Part shown: in pieces, positions 1 through 12,564 of the stretch
How the letters are laid out: each line of letters starts with the position of its first letter
How positions within the stretch are numbered: position 1 is the stretch's first letter
Assembly: GCF_988242995.1 (NCBI RefSeq)
Contig: NZ_OZ547043.1
Reading direction: 5' to 3' (one strand)
DNA length: 64,000 bases
Translations under genes and position numbers: made by a program
The notes under the pieces: model-generated
Databases searched by the model: none
What the model was told of the DNA's origin: nothing
What the model saw: the letters and a program-made list of their open reading frames with translations, nothing else

Positions 1-580
1 CAAAGTGTTCTGCCATCAGCATAATGTCGCTTTCGCGCTCGCGCAGGGGCGGCAGTTGCACTACATCGAAAGCCAGCCGGTCGAGCAGGTCAGCGCGAAA
101 AGTACCTTCATTGACCATCGCCGGGAGATCGGCATTCGTCGCGCATACCAACCGCACATTCACCTGCAATGGCTGGCTGCCGCCAACGCGCTCCAGTTCA
201 CCGTACTCAATCACGCGCAATAATTTCTCCTGCACCATCATCGGTGCCGTAGCGAGTTCATCAAGAAATAGCGTACCGCCGTCGGCACGTTCAAATCTCC
301 CTGGATGACGTTTTTGCGCACCGGTAAACGCGCCCGCTTCGTGACCAAACAGTTCGGAATCCAGCAGATTTTCATTTAACGCCGCGCAGTTAAGGGAAAT
401 AAACGGCCCCTGCCAACGGGAGGAGAGATAATGCAGACGGCTGGCAATCAGCTCTTTACCTGTGCCGCGCTCGCCGATGATGAGCACCGGTTTGTCCAGC
501 GGTGCGAGATGCGAAACCTGTTCCAGCACTTCGAGAAAGCTGTTTGCCTCACCAAGTAAATTATCTTTGTATTCTGCCAT
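1..580 (-). CDS. pspF: Sigma54-dependent psp operon activator PspF, 5' part of gene lies outside window start
   Basis: Minus-strand translation from ATG at 578-580 reads MAEYKDNLLGEANS; divergent to pspA; AAA+ enhancer-binding family. Confidence 0.9.
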   Translation of the reverse strand, partial: MAEYKDNLLGEANSFLEVLEQVSHLAPLDKPVLIIGERGTGKELIASRLHYLSSRWQGPFISLNCAALNENLLDSELFGHEAGAFTGAQKRHPGRFERADGGTLFLDELATAPMMVQEKLLRVIEYGELERVGGSQPLQVNVRLVCATNADLPAMVNEGTFRADLLDRLAFDVVQLPPLRERESDIMLMAEHF

Positions 581-674
581 GATGAAATTCGCCACTTGTT
601 AGTGTAATTCGCTAACTCATCCTGGCATGTTGCTGTTGATTCTTCAATCAGATCTTTATAAATCAAAAAGATAA

Positions 675-1415
<741 letters not shown>

Positions 1416-1468
1416 TAACATCCAGGCGGCGTCCGAACGCGCCGCCGCTCATCGTCTAAGGAGTCCTT

Positions 1469-1693
1469 ATGAGCGCGCTATTTCTGGCTATTCCGTTAAC
1501 CATTTTTGTGCTGTTTGTTTTACCGATCTGGTTATGGCTGCATTACAGCAATCGTTCTGGTCGCAGTGAATTGTCGCAAAGTGAGCAGCAGCGATTAGCG
1601 CAACTGGCTGATGAAGCAAAACGGATGCGCGAACGTATTCAGGCGCTGGAATCCATTCTTGATGCAGAACATCCGAACTGGAGGGATCGCTAA
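1469..1693 (+). CDS. pspB: Phage shock protein B
   Basis: 74 aa membrane protein, overlaps pspC start. Confidence 0.93.
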   Translation: MSALFLAIPLTIFVLFVLPIWLWLHYSNRSGRSELSQSEQQRLAQLADEAKRMRERIQALESILDAEHPNWRDR

Positions 1694-2052
1694 TGGCGGG
1701 CATTAATCTCAATAAAAAATTATGGCGTATTCCACAGCAGGGTATGGTACGCGGCGTCTGCGCCGGGATTGCCAACTATTTTGATGTACCAGTAAAACTG
1801 GTGCGTATCCTGGTGGTGCTGTCGATTTTCTTCGGTCTGGCGCTGTTTACCCTGGTTGCTTACATCATTTTGTCATTTGCGCTTGATCCAATGCCGGACA
1901 ACATGGCCTTTGGTGAGCAGCTACCTTCCAGCAGCGAATTGCTGGATGAAGTCGACCGTGAACTGGCGGCAAGTGAAACGCGTTTACGCGAGATGGAACG
2001 TTATGTCACTTCCGATACTTTCACGTTACGTAGCCGTTTCCGTCAACTGTGA
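1693..2052 (+). CDS. pspC: Phage shock protein C
   Basis: 119 aa, translationally coupled to pspB. Confidence 0.93.
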
Positions 2053-2060
2053 GGAAAGTT

Positions 2061-2282
2061 ATGAATACTCGCTGGCAACAGGCCGGGCAAAAGGTGAAGC
2101 CTGGTTTCAAATTAGCAGGCAAGCTGGTACTTCTTACCGCACTGCGCTATGGCCCGGCGGGTGTAGCTGGCTGGGCGATAAAATCAGTTGCTCGCCGACC
2201 ACTGAAAATGTTGCTGGCCGTGGCGCTGGAACCGCTGTTAAGTCGGGCTGCCAATAAACTGGCGCAGCGTTATAAAAGGTGA
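2061..2282 (+). CDS. pspD: Phage shock protein D
   Basis: 73 aa from internal Met [10 protein letters not shown] of ORF 2049..2282. Confidence 0.85.
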
Positions 2283-2356
2283 GGGGAGTTTCGCAAAAAT
2301 TGTTAAAGCTAAGGCATATTATGGATGGCAATTTTCATCCATAGAAGGACGCTTAC

Positions 2357-2671
2357 ATGTTTAAAAAAGGCTTACTTGCTCTGACACTGGTGTTTTCACT
2401 GCCCGTTTTCGCCGCTGAACACTGGATCGATGTTCGTGTTCCAGAGCAGTATCAGCAAGAGCACGTTCAGGGGGCCATCAATATTCCCCTGAAGGAAGTA
2501 AAAGAGCGCATTGCCACCGCCGTTTCGGATAAAAACGACACCGTGAAAGTGTATTGCAATGCCGGACGCCAGTCAGGGCAGGCAAAAGAGATCCTTAGCG
2601 AGATGGGATATACTCACGTTGAGAACGCCGGTGGCCTGAAAGACATCGCAATGCCGAAGGTCAAAGGTTAA
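2357..2671 (+). CDS. pspE: Thiosulfate sulfurtransferase (rhodanese) PspE, periplasmic
   Basis: 104 aa with signal peptide and rhodanese CNAGRQS active-site loop. Confidence 0.92.
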   Translation: MFKKGLLALTLVFSLPVFAAEHWIDVRVPEQYQQEHVQGAINIPLKEVKERIATAVSDKNDTVKVYCNAGRQSGQAKEILSEMGYTHVENAGGLKDIAMPKVKG

Positions 2672-2789
2672 CAAATTACTTATTGAGCGGTGTAAACAAC
2701 GCCGCTTATTCATTTGATAAATCAAAATTAACCCACATTATTATCTCCAGTATCTAATCCTTTCTACAGCTTTCTGGCACAGGACAGCA

Positions 2790-4187
2790 ATGAAGCGACT
2801 TAAAAATGAACTCAATGCGCTGGTGAATCGGGGTGTCGACAGACATCTGCGCCTCGCTGTAACCGGACTTAGCCGTAGCGGCAAAACAGCGTTTATCACC
2901 GCGATGGTTAATCAGTTGCTCAATATTCATGCCGGAGCACGTTTGCCGCTTTTAAGTGCGGTGCGTGAAGAGCGCCTGCTGGGCGTAAAACGCATTCCCC
3001 AGCGTGACTTTGGCATTCCGCGCTTCACCTATGATGAAGGACTGGCGCAGTTATATGGCGATCCTCCTGCCTGGCCGACGCCAACGCGCGGCGTCAGTGA
3101 AATCCGCCTGGCGCTACGTTTTAAATCGAACGATTCGCTGCTACGCCACTTCAAGGACACCTCCACGCTGTATCTGGAGATTGTGGATTATCCCGGCGAA
3201 TGGCTGCTCGATCTGCCGATGTTGGCGCAGGACTATTTAAGCTGGTCGCGCCAGATGACGGGCTTACTTAATGGTCAGCGCGGCGAATGGTCGGGGAAAT
3301 GGCGAATGATGTGCGAAGGGCTGGACCCGCTAGCGCCTGCCGACGAAAACCGGCTGGCAGACATTGCCGCTGCGTGGACCGATTATCTCCACCACTGTAA
3401 ACAGCAGGGGCTGCACTTTATTCAGCCAGGGCGCTTTGTCTTGCCGGGAGATATGGCAGGTGCGCCCGCGCTGCAATTCTTCCCGTGGCCGGATATCGAT
3501 GCCTGGGGCGAGTCCAAACTGGCGCAGGCCGATAAGCATACCAATGCCGGAATGCTGCGCGAGCGGTTTAATTATTACTGCGAGAAAGTGGTGAAGGGGT
3601 TCTATAAGAATCATTTTCTGCGCTTTGACCGCCAGATTGTGCTGGTGGATTGCCTGCAGCCTCTCAACAGTGGGCCACAGGCATTTAATGATATGCGTCT
3701 GGCGCTGACGCAGCTGATGCAAAGTTTCCACTACGGGCAGCGAACCCTGTTCCGGCGTTTGTTTTCGCCGGTTATCGATAAGCTATTGTTTGCTGCCACT
3801 AAAGCAGACCATGTGACCATCGATCAGCACGCCAATATGGTTTCATTACTGCAACAACTAATTCAGGATGCCTGGCAAAATGCGGCGTTCGAAGGGATCA
3901 GCATGGATTGCCTGGGGCTGGCGTCTGTTCAGGCGACCACCAGCGGAATTATTGATGTTAACGGTGAGAAAATCCCGGCGCTGCGCGGTAATCGACTCAG
4001 CGATGGCGCACCGCTCACTGTTTATCCTGGCGAAGTTCCCGCACGTTTGCCAGGTCAGGCGTTCTGGGATAAGCAAGGCTTCCAGTTTGAGGCGTTTCGT
4101 CCGCAGGTGATGGATGTCGACAAACCGCTGCCGCATATTCGTCTTGATGCTGCGCTGGAATTTTTAATAGGAGATAAATTGCGATGA
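2790..4187 (+). CDS. ycjX: YcjX family P-loop NTPase (DUF463)
   Basis: 465 aa; Walker A GLSRSGKT near N-terminus. Confidence 0.9.
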   Translation: MKRLKNELNALVNRGVDRHLRLAVTGLSRSGKTAFITAMVNQLLNIHAGARLPLLSAVREERLLGVKRIPQRDFGIPRFTYDEGLAQLYGDPPAWPTPTRGVSEIRLALRFKSNDSLLRHFKDTSTLYLEIVDYPGEWLLDLPMLAQDYLSWSRQMTGLLNGQRGEWSGKWRMMCEGLDPLAPADENRLADIAAAWTDYLHHCKQQGLHFIQPGRFVLPGDMAGAPALQFFPWPDIDAWGESKLAQADKHTNAGMLRERFNYYCEKVVKGFYKNHFLRFDRQIVLVDCLQPLNSGPQAFNDMRLALTQLMQSFHYGQRTLFRRLFSPVIDKLLFAATKADHVTIDQHANMVSLLQQLIQDAWQNAAFEGISMDCLGLASVQATTSGIIDVNGEKIPALRGNRLSDGAPLTVYPGEVPARLPGQAFWDKQGFQFEAFRPQVMDVDKPLPHIRLDAALEFLIGDKLR

Positions 4188-5245
4188 CCGAACCGTTAAA
4201 ACCACGTATTGATTTCGACGGTCCACTGGAGGTTGATCAGAATCCAAAATTCAGGGCGCAACAGACCTTTGACGAAAATCAGGCGCAAAATTTTGCCCCG
4301 GCCACGCTCGACGAAGCGCAGGAAGAAGAGGGGCAAGTTGAAGCGGTGATGGACGCAGCGTTACGTCCGAAACGCAGCCTGTGGCGCAAAATGGTGATGG
4401 GCGGGTTGGCTCTGTTTGGCGCAAGCGTTGTCGGGCAGGGCGTGCAGTGGACAATGAACGCCTGGCAAACTCAGGATTGGGTAGCGCTGGGTGGATGTGC
4501 CGCTGGGGCATTGATTATCGGCGCTGGCGTAGGTTCTGTGGTAACAGAGTGGCGGCGCTTATGGCGCTTGCGACAGCGCGCCCATGAACGCGACGAAGCG
4601 CGCGATTTGTTGCACAGTCACGGTACGGGTAAAGGCCGCGCATTTTGCGAAAAACTGGCGCAGCAGGCGGGCATCGACCAGTCGCATCCGGCACTGCAAC
4701 GCTGGTATGCCTCAATCCATGAAACGCAAAACGATCGTGAAGTGGTCAGCCTGTATGCTCATCTGGTCCAGCCGGTTTTAGATGCCCAGGCGCGGCGCGA
4801 AATCAGCCGTTCGGCGGCGGAATCAACGTTGATGATTGCGGTCAGCCCGCTGGCGCTGGTGGATATGGCATTTATCGCCTGGCGCAATCTGCGTTTGATC
4901 AATCGCATCGCCACGCTGTATGGCATTGAACTGGGATATTACAGCCGTTTGCGCCTGTTTAAGCTGGTATTGCTGAATATCGCTTTCGCCGGAGCCAGCG
5001 AACTGGTGCGCGAAGTGGGGATGGACTGGATGTCGCAAGATCTCGCTGCGCGTTTGTCTACCCGGGCAGCTCAGGGGATTGGTGCAGGACTTCTGACGGC
5101 ACGACTGGGGATTAAAGCTATGGAGCTTTGCCGCCCTCTGCCGTGGATTGACGATGACAAACCTCGCCTCGGGGATTTCCGTCGTCAGCTTATCGGTCAG
5201 GTGAAAGAGACGCTGCAAAAAGGCAAAACGCCCAGCGAAAAATAA
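4184..5245 (+). CDS. ycjF: YcjF family inner membrane protein (DUF697)
   Basis: 353 aa; start overlaps ycjX stop (coupled). Confidence 0.9.
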   Translation: MTEPLKPRIDFDGPLEVDQNPKFRAQQTFDENQAQNFAPATLDEAQEEEGQVEAVMDAALRPKRSLWRKMVMGGLALFGASVVGQGVQWTMNAWQTQDWVALGGCAAGALIIGAGVGSVVTEWRRLWRLRQRAHERDEARDLLHSHGTGKGRAFCEKLAQQAGIDQSHPALQRWYASIHETQNDREVVSLYAHLVQPVLDAQARREISRSAAESTLMIAVSPLALVDMAFIAWRNLRLINRIATLYGIELGYYSRLRLFKLVLLNIAFAGASELVREVGMDWMSQDLAARLSTRAAQGIGAGLLTARLGIKAMELCRPLPWIDDDKPRLGDFRRQLIGQVKETLQKGKTPSEK

Positions 5246-5392
5246 TGCAATATCGGGTGCTGACCGGATATCTTTACGCCGAAGTGCCCGTTTTTCCGTC
5301 TTTGTGTCAATGATTGTTGACAGAAACCTTCCTGCTATCCAAATAGTGTCATATCATCATATTAATTGTTCTTTTTTCAGGTGAAGGTTCCC

Positions 5393-6934
5393 ATGCGTCT
5401 GGAAGTCTTTTGTGAAGACCGACTCGGTCTGACCCGCGAATTACTCGATCTACTCGTGCTAAGAGGCATTGATTTACGCGGTATTGAGATTGACCCCATT
5501 GGGCGAATCTACCTCAATTTTGCTGAACTGGAGTTTGAGAGTTTCAGCAGTCTGATGGCCGAAATACGCCGTATTGCAGGTGTTACCGATGTCCGTACTG
5601 TCCCGTGGATGCCTTCTGAACGTGAGCATCTGGCGTTGAGCGCGTTACTGGAAGCGTTGCCTGAACCTGTGCTCTCTGTCGATATGAAAAGCAAAGTGGA
5701 TATGGCGAACCCGGCGAGCTGTCAGCTTTTTGGGCAAAAATTGGATCGCCTGCGCAACCATACCGCCGCGCAATTGATTAACGGCTTTAATTTTTTGCGT
5801 TGGCTGGAAAGCGAACCGCAGGATTCGCATAACGAGCATGTCGTTATTAATGGGCAGAATTTCCTGATGGAGATTACGCCTGTTTATCTTCAGGATGAAA
5901 ATGATCAACACGTCCTGACCGGTGCGGTGGTGATGTTGCGATCAACGATTCGTATGGGTCGTCAGTTGCAAAATGTCGCCGCCCAGGACGTCAGCGCCTT
6001 TAGTCAAATTGTCGCCGTCAGCCCGAAAATGAAGCATGTTGTCGAACAGGCGCAGAAACTGGCGATGCTAAGCGCGCCATTGCTGATAACCGGTGATACC
6101 GGCACCGGAAAAGATCTCTTTGCGTATGCCTGTCATCAGGCAAGCCCACGCGCGGGCAAACCCTATCTGGCGCTGAACTGTGCTTCTATCCCGGAAGATG
6201 CGGTCGAGAGTGAACTGTTTGGTCATGCTCCGGAAGGGAAGAAAGGGTTCTTTGAGCAGGCGAACGGTGGTTCGGTACTGCTGGATGAAATAGGTGAGAT
6301 GTCACCACGGATGCAGGCGAAATTACTGCGTTTCCTTAATGATGGCACTTTCCGTCGGGTTGGCGAAGACCATGAGGTGCATGTCGATGTGCGGGTGATT
6401 TGCGCTACGCAGAAGAATCTGGTCGAACTGGTGCAAAAAGGCGTGTTCCGTGAAGATCTCTATTATCGTCTGAACGTGTTGACGCTCAATCTGCCGCCGC
6501 TACGTGACTGTCCGCAGGACATCATGCCTTTAACCGAGCTGTTCGTCGCCCGCTTTGCCGACGAGCAGGGCGTGCCGCGTCCGAAACTGGCCGCTGACCT
6601 GAATACTGTACTTACGCGTTATGCGTGGCCGGGAAATGTGCGGCAGTTAAAGAACGCTATTTATCGCGCACTAACACAACTGGACGGTTATGAGCTGCGT
6701 CCTCAGGATATTTTGTTGCCGGATTATGACGCCGCAACGGTAGCCGTGGGCGAAGATGCGATGGAAGGTTCGCTGGACGAAATCACCAGCCGTTTTGAAC
6801 GCTCGGTATTAACCCAGCTTTATCGCAATTATCCCAGCACGCGCAAACTGGCAAAACGTCTCGGCGTTTCGCATACCGCGATTGCCAATAAGTTGCGGGA
6901 ATATGGTCTGAGTCAGAAGAAGAACGAAGAGTAA
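5393..6934 (+). CDS. tyrR: Transcriptional regulator TyrR
   Basis: 513 aa from MRLEVFCEDRLGLTREL; AAA+ GDTGTGK motif; C-terminal HTH. Confidence 0.95.
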   Translation: MRLEVFCEDRLGLTRELLDLLVLRGIDLRGIEIDPIGRIYLNFAELEFESFSSLMAEIRRIAGVTDVRTVPWMPSEREHLALSALLEALPEPVLSVDMKSKVDMANPASCQLFGQKLDRLRNHTAAQLINGFNFLRWLESEPQDSHNEHVVINGQNFLMEITPVYLQDENDQHVLTGAVVMLRSTIRMGRQLQNVAAQDVSAFSQIVAVSPKMKHVVEQAQKLAMLSAPLLITGDTGTGKDLFAYACHQASPRAGKPYLALNCASIPEDAVESELFGHAPEGKKGFFEQANGGSVLLDEIGEMSPRMQAKLLRFLNDGTFRRVGEDHEVHVDVRVICATQKNLVELVQKGVFREDLYYRLNVLTLNLPPLRDCPQDIMPLTELFVARFADEQGVPRPKLAADLNTVLTRYAWPGNVRQLKNAIYRALTQLDGYELRPQDILLPDYDAATVAVGEDAMEGSLDEITSRFERSVLTQLYRNYPSTRKLAKRLGVSHTAIANKLREYGLSQKKNEE

Positions 6935-6942
6935 GCGCGAAT

Positions 6943-6974
6943 ATGCCTGATGGTGCAACACCATCAGGCATATT
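6943..6974. terminator. Bidirectional hairpin terminator between convergent tyrR and tpx
   Basis: Inverted repeat ATATGCCTGATGGTG-CAAC-ACCATCAGGCATAT. Confidence 0.6.
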
Positions 6975-6977
6975 AAC

Positions 6978-7484
6978 TTATGCTTTCAGTACAGCCAGAG
7001 CTGCTTCGTAATCCGGCTCGGTGGTGATTTCATCCACCAGTTGGCTGAAAATCACATTGTCATTTTCATCAATAACCACAACGGCACGCGCTGCCAGACC
7101 TTTCAGTGGGCCATCAGCAATTGCCACACCGTAGGCTTGCAGGAATTCAGCGTTACGGAAAGTGGAGAGGGTGATAACGTTGTTCAGACCTTCTGCGCCG
7201 CAGAAACGAGACTGGGCGAACGGCAGATCGGCAGAAATACACAGCACAACGGTGTTGTCGATCTCGGTTGCCAGTTGGTTAAACTTACGTACTGATGCGG
7301 CGCAAACACCGGTATCAATACTCGGGAAAATGTTCAGCACTTTGCGTTTACCCGCAAACTGACCGAGGGTGACGTCAGACAGATCTTTTGCCACGAGAGT
7401 AAAAGTCTGCGCTTTGCTACCCGCCTGCGGGATGGAATTGGCGACTGTAACCGGGTTGCCCTGGAAATGAACGGTTTGTGACAT
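6978..7484 (-). CDS. tpx: Thiol peroxidase
   Basis: 168 aa [28 protein letters not shown]. Confidence 0.95.
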   Translation of the reverse strand: MSQTVHFQGNPVTVANSIPQAGSKAQTFTLVAKDLSDVTLGQFAGKRKVLNIFPSIDTGVCAASVRKFNQLATEIDNTVVLCISADLPFAQSRFCGAEGLNNVITLSTFRNAEFLQAYGVAIADGPLKGLAARAVVVIDENDNVIFSQLVDEITTEPDYEAALAVLKA

Positions 7485-7592
7485 GATTATCTTTCCTGTT
7501 TACATATAGTTAACGTCACACCTAGTTTATGCTAACTGTCAATAACACAGCAAACGCTATTTGCGCTTAATCCGCAGACCACCGCGACAACA

Positions 7593-8542
<950 letters not shown>

Positions 8543-8568
<26 letters not shown>

Positions 8569-9271
8569 GATGCCAGCGCAGCAAGTTTGCCATCGCAAAG
8601 AGATATTTTTCGCTGGCTTCGTCGGAGGAGATGGGGGGAAACTCTGCGGTGATGCAATGCAGGTTGAGATCCGCACACCAACTACCGAAAGAGCCAGGTG
8701 TTTCATAACCGACGCTGGTTACCAGAGGCAATTCAAACGCCTGGGCCAGCCATTCGCCTAATTCGCTGTGTCTGGGATCTTCAATACAGGCCAGCGGATC
8801 GTGGAATGAGACCACCCAGGCGGGTTGAATGCGGTGTATAAGCTGGCACAGCGCCTGGGTTTCAGGTTCAGAGCCAGGTTTGTCACCTGTCAGCAATACG
8901 ACATCACGTTCTTCAGCGGCGCTGTTCCAGCGATAAACGGTTTCACCTTCCTTCCAGTTCGCCGCCGGAAAGTTTCTGTTTAAATCCACACCATTAGCAT
9001 TGGCCCGTAACCCCAACTGGCAGCCGTCAGGATTCACACACAGCACCACATGATGGCGGCGCAAAGACGGTGTCAAAGTCCGCAGAGCACAGGAGAGCGT
9101 GACGACCGAAGAGTTTTCATCACCGTGAGTGCCAGCCAGAATCAAACCACTTTCGCGGCTGGCTGCAGGGGCCGGAAACCAGATTAACGGCGCGCCCAAT
9201 AATGAACGTCCGTAATGTTCTGTTCCGGGCGGAAATGCGCCGCGTTCGGCGCGTGGGCGAGTTACGGTCAT
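8543..9271 (-). CDS. mpaA: Murein tripeptide amidase A (gamma-D-Glu-Dap amidase)
   Basis: 242 aa from MTVTRPRAERGAFPPG; 3' end overlaps convergent ycjG. Confidence 0.88.
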
Positions 9272-9561
9272 GATCGTCTCTGGTTCAGGAAGTATTACAG
9301 GCAGTGTTGTGCAAATTTTGCGGATTATCAAATCCTTTTCTTCAACGCTATGTCATCGATCTTGTATCACCTTTTTGCCGGAAGTTGTTTGCATTTTCAT
9401 TGATGGTCAGATATTAGAATTGTCGTAATGTTATATACATGGCGTATTTTATTCTTACTGGTTCTACACATGTTAATCGCATCTGATTGATCAGTTCACC
9501 TTAATAAGTTTAATAAATCGTACTGCACATAGTACAGTACGATGGTAGCTATATAATTGAT

Positions 9562-10200
9562 TTACATGAAGAATGGCTTGTCGCCATCAGTCCCGGGTTG
9601 ATTGATTCCTATATTCTCACCAATGTGTTTCTCAGGTTTATCGATGATATCTGTAATTAATGCTGCGACACTCTTACGTGATACGATCGTACCTTTGAAT
9701 GGTTCATTGCGTGAGGTAAGCTCATAATCAATAATATCTTCATCGGTCAGCCAGGCAGGGCGAAGAATTGTATATTCCAGTCCAGAAGCCTCAATTGCAT
9801 CCGCAGCCCTGCGGAATGGTTTTAGGGGTTCACCAATAACTGCATTATTCCATTCGCCAAATTTTCCTGGAACTTCATCATAAATACCGAGGGAAAGAAC
9901 AAAGATCAGACGTTTAACATCACAGGCTTTCATCGCAGCGATCACTGAATTTGCCTGAATATCTAAATCTTCCCCCGTAAGGTTGGCATACACAACATCC
10001 TGTCCCTGCATGGCCTGCTTCAGTGCTGCATGATTCAGTACATCCCCCATAATAATCTTGCTATTAGTGGGATAGGGTTTGTGGATTTTTGCTGGCTGAC
10101 GGGCAAATAAAGTTTGTTTAATGGTTTGTTTATCTGCCAGTTGATTAATCACATGGCGGGCTATCTGACCGCCAGCACCAAGAATCAGTACATTTTTCAT
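9562..10200 (-). CDS. NAD(P)-binding Rossmann-fold protein (intact counterpart of K-12 ymjC/ymjD fragments)
   Basis: 212 aa MKNVLILGAGGQIARHVINQL, GxxGxxG dinucleotide motif. Confidence 0.75.
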   Translation of the reverse strand: MKNVLILGAGGQIARHVINQLADKQTIKQTLFARQPAKIHKPYPTNSKIIMGDVLNHAALKQAMQGQDVVYANLTGEDLDIQANSVIAAMKACDVKRLIFVLSLGIYDEVPGKFGEWNNAVIGEPLKPFRRAADAIEASGLEYTILRPAWLTDEDIIDYELTSRNEPFKGTIVSRKSVAALITDIIDKPEKHIGENIGINQPGTDGDKPFFM

Positions 10201-10270
10201 GAAACTTTTCCCAGATTATTGGCAGCAATATGCCAGGCCATATCACTATTACGGATTTGAATATGTTTCA

Positions 10271-11191
10271 TTACAGAGTTTCCTCAAAGAACGGAGCTAA
10301 TACTGAAATTGCTTCAGCCACATAGACTTTGCCGTCATAAAGATCCATATGGTTTGCGCCTTCAACAATGTGATAGCGTTTATCCTGGCTTGATGCTCGA
10401 TCGTACAGGTCGTCACTCATCCATTTGCTCCCAGCCTGGCTGCCCGCCACAATCTGTATCGGCTGAGTCAGGTACACTTCCGCCATATGGTAAGCATCAT
10501 AGGTAATAATCTGGTTAAGGCTGCGCAAAGTAGCGTAACCCGGTGCTGTTGGGTACTGCGCGCGAGGGGTGTGGTAATACTCCCAGGCCTGACGCAGTTC
10601 TTCGTTCGGCGCATCGGACTCCTTCATTGGTGCCAGTGGCATAGTGGCGTATTCTCCGCTGCTAATATCGCTGGTTCGGGCGTTTGAACCCGCGTCAACG
10701 TATGGTAGGGCATCAATAGATTTCACATTGTTTTCCCAACCATTACGGAACATCGAACCAATATTGACCGCACTAACAGTACCGATGGCCTTGATGCGGC
10801 GATCCTGAATTGCAGCATTGGCTGTATATCCTGCACCGGCACAAATTCCCATCGCACCAATTCGGCTATTGTCGACATAAGAAAGCGTTGTCAGGTAATC
10901 AATCACGGCACTGACGTCTTCAGTACGAATGTATGGGTTTTCTAACTGACGCGGCTCGCCGCCGCTTTCACCTTGATAAGATGCGTCATAAGCAATAGTG
11001 ACAAATCCCTTTTCCGCCAGTTTTTCGGCATAGGTTCCGGCCGTTTGCTCTTTAACGCCCCCACCTGGGTGAGATACCACAATTGCCGGATACTGACGGG
11101 TTTCATCAAATTTTGGAGGGAAATAGATCACTGCAGACAAAGAGATGGTTGGATTATTGCTGTTAGTGAAGCTGACTTTATTATTCATCAT
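10271..11191 (-). CDS. ycjY: Alpha/beta hydrolase family protein YcjY
   Basis: 306 aa from MMNNKVSFTNSNNPTISLSAV within ORF 10271..11203. Confidence 0.85.
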   Translation of the reverse strand: MMNNKVSFTNSNNPTISLSAVIYFPPKFDETRQYPAIVVSHPGGGVKEQTAGTYAEKLAEKGFVTIAYDASYQGESGGEPRQLENPYIRTEDVSAVIDYLTTLSYVDNSRIGAMGICAGAGYTANAAIQDRRIKAIGTVSAVNIGSMFRNGWENNVKSIDALPYVDAGSNARTSDISSGEYATMPLAPMKESDAPNEELRQAWEYYHTPRAQYPTAPGYATLRSLNQIITYDAYHMAEVYLTQPIQIVAGSQAGSKWMSDDLYDRASSQDKRYHIVEGANHMDLYDGKVYVAEAISVLAPFFEETL

Positions 11192-11328
11192 TCCGTTCCT
11201 CATGGAGTTGTCGGTTCGTTTTAACGGTTGGTGATATCACTATAGATATTGATCATTAAGTTGATTAGACCCAAAATCATGATTAGACCTATCATTTAAA
11301 TGATTAATAGATTGTATGGAGATACTGA

Positions 11329-12228
11329 ATGAAGCGTGAAGAAATCGCTGATCTGATGGCGTTTGTCGTCGTTGCAGAGGAGCGTAGCTTCACTCGCGCA
11401 GCAGCCCGCCTGAGCATGGCGCAGTCAGCTTTAAGCCAGATAGTGCGCCGTATAGAAGAACGATTGGGATTGCGGCTTCTGACGCGAACCACGCGCAGCG
11501 TTGTACCCACTGAAGCGGGCGAGCATCTTTTGTCTGTTCTTGGCCCTATGTTGCATGACATAGATTCTGCCCTGACATCCCTGAGCGATCTGCAGAACCG
11601 CCCATCCGGGACAATACGTATTACTACTGTAGAACATGCAGCAAAAACGATATTGTTACCAGCTATGCGCACATTCCTGAAATCGCATCCTGAAATTGAT
11701 ATCCAGCTTACCATTGATTATGGTTTGACCGATGTCGTTTCTGAACGTTTTGATGCAGGCGTCCGTCTGGGTGGGGAGATGGATAAAGATATGATCGCCA
11801 TTCGAATCGGGCCAGATATACCAATGGCTATTGTTGGCTCACCGGATTATTTTTCTCGTCGAAGTGCTCCAACGTCAGTGTCACAATTAATAGATCATCA
11901 GGCAATTAATTTGTATCTTCCCACATCGGGTACAGCAAATCGCTGGAGATTAATACGCGGTGGACGTGAAGTTCGTGTTCGCATGGAAGGTCAGCTTTTA
12001 CTGAATACGATAGACCTGATCATTGATGCTGCAATTGATGGGCATGGATTGGCGTATCTACCTTATGATCAGGTTGAGCGGGCTATTAAAGAAAAAAAAC
12101 TGATACGTGTTTTGGATAAATTCACACCAGATTTACCCGGTTATCACCTGTACTATCCACACCGTCGACATGCTGGCTCGGCATTCTCATTATTTATAGA
12201 TAGGCTGAAGTATAAAGGTGCTGTTTAG
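11329..12228 (+). CDS. pgrR: LysR-family transcriptional regulator PgrR (YcjZ)
   Basis: 299 aa with N-terminal LysR HTH; divergent from ycjY. Confidence 0.88.
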   Translation: MKREEIADLMAFVVVAEERSFTRAAARLSMAQSALSQIVRRIEERLGLRLLTRTTRSVVPTEAGEHLLSVLGPMLHDIDSALTSLSDLQNRPSGTIRITTVEHAAKTILLPAMRTFLKSHPEIDIQLTIDYGLTDVVSERFDAGVRLGGEMDKDMIAIRIGPDIPMAIVGSPDYFSRRSAPTSVSQLIDHQAINLYLPTSGTANRWRLIRGGREVRVRMEGQLLLNTIDLIIDAAIDGHGLAYLPYDQVERAIKEKKLIRVLDKFTPDLPGYHLYYPHRRHAGSAFSLFIDRLKYKGAV

Positions 12229-12564
12229 CACTACTTGCTGATACATTAATTTAATTCTTCTCTTAACGTATTCTCAGTTCCTTTCAACGTTTTGGTCATT
12301 TTTTATTCTTCGTACAATGGCGACAGATGCTGATTATGATACCGAAAACGGGTTTGAACGTGCGAAGCCCGAACGTAGTGTTCGGAGTTCTATGTGCTTT
12401 ACCGCATTTTGGAGACTATTATTTACACTAAATCTGATTTGATATATTGATACTTAAAACATTTGATGCTTCCTTTGTCACTTTTTTGATGGAAGTTGTT
12501 TGCATTTCTTTAAGGCGAAACAAATAATTACGCATCAATTTTAATGTCGGTTAGAGGGAAACTT

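Noticed and set aside
9332-9561. AT-rich 230-bp intergenic region between mpaA and the NAD(P)-binding gene
   Set aside because: Considered as a possible small gene or sRNA locus, but no convincing ORF with RBS or terminator structure; probably divergent promoter region.
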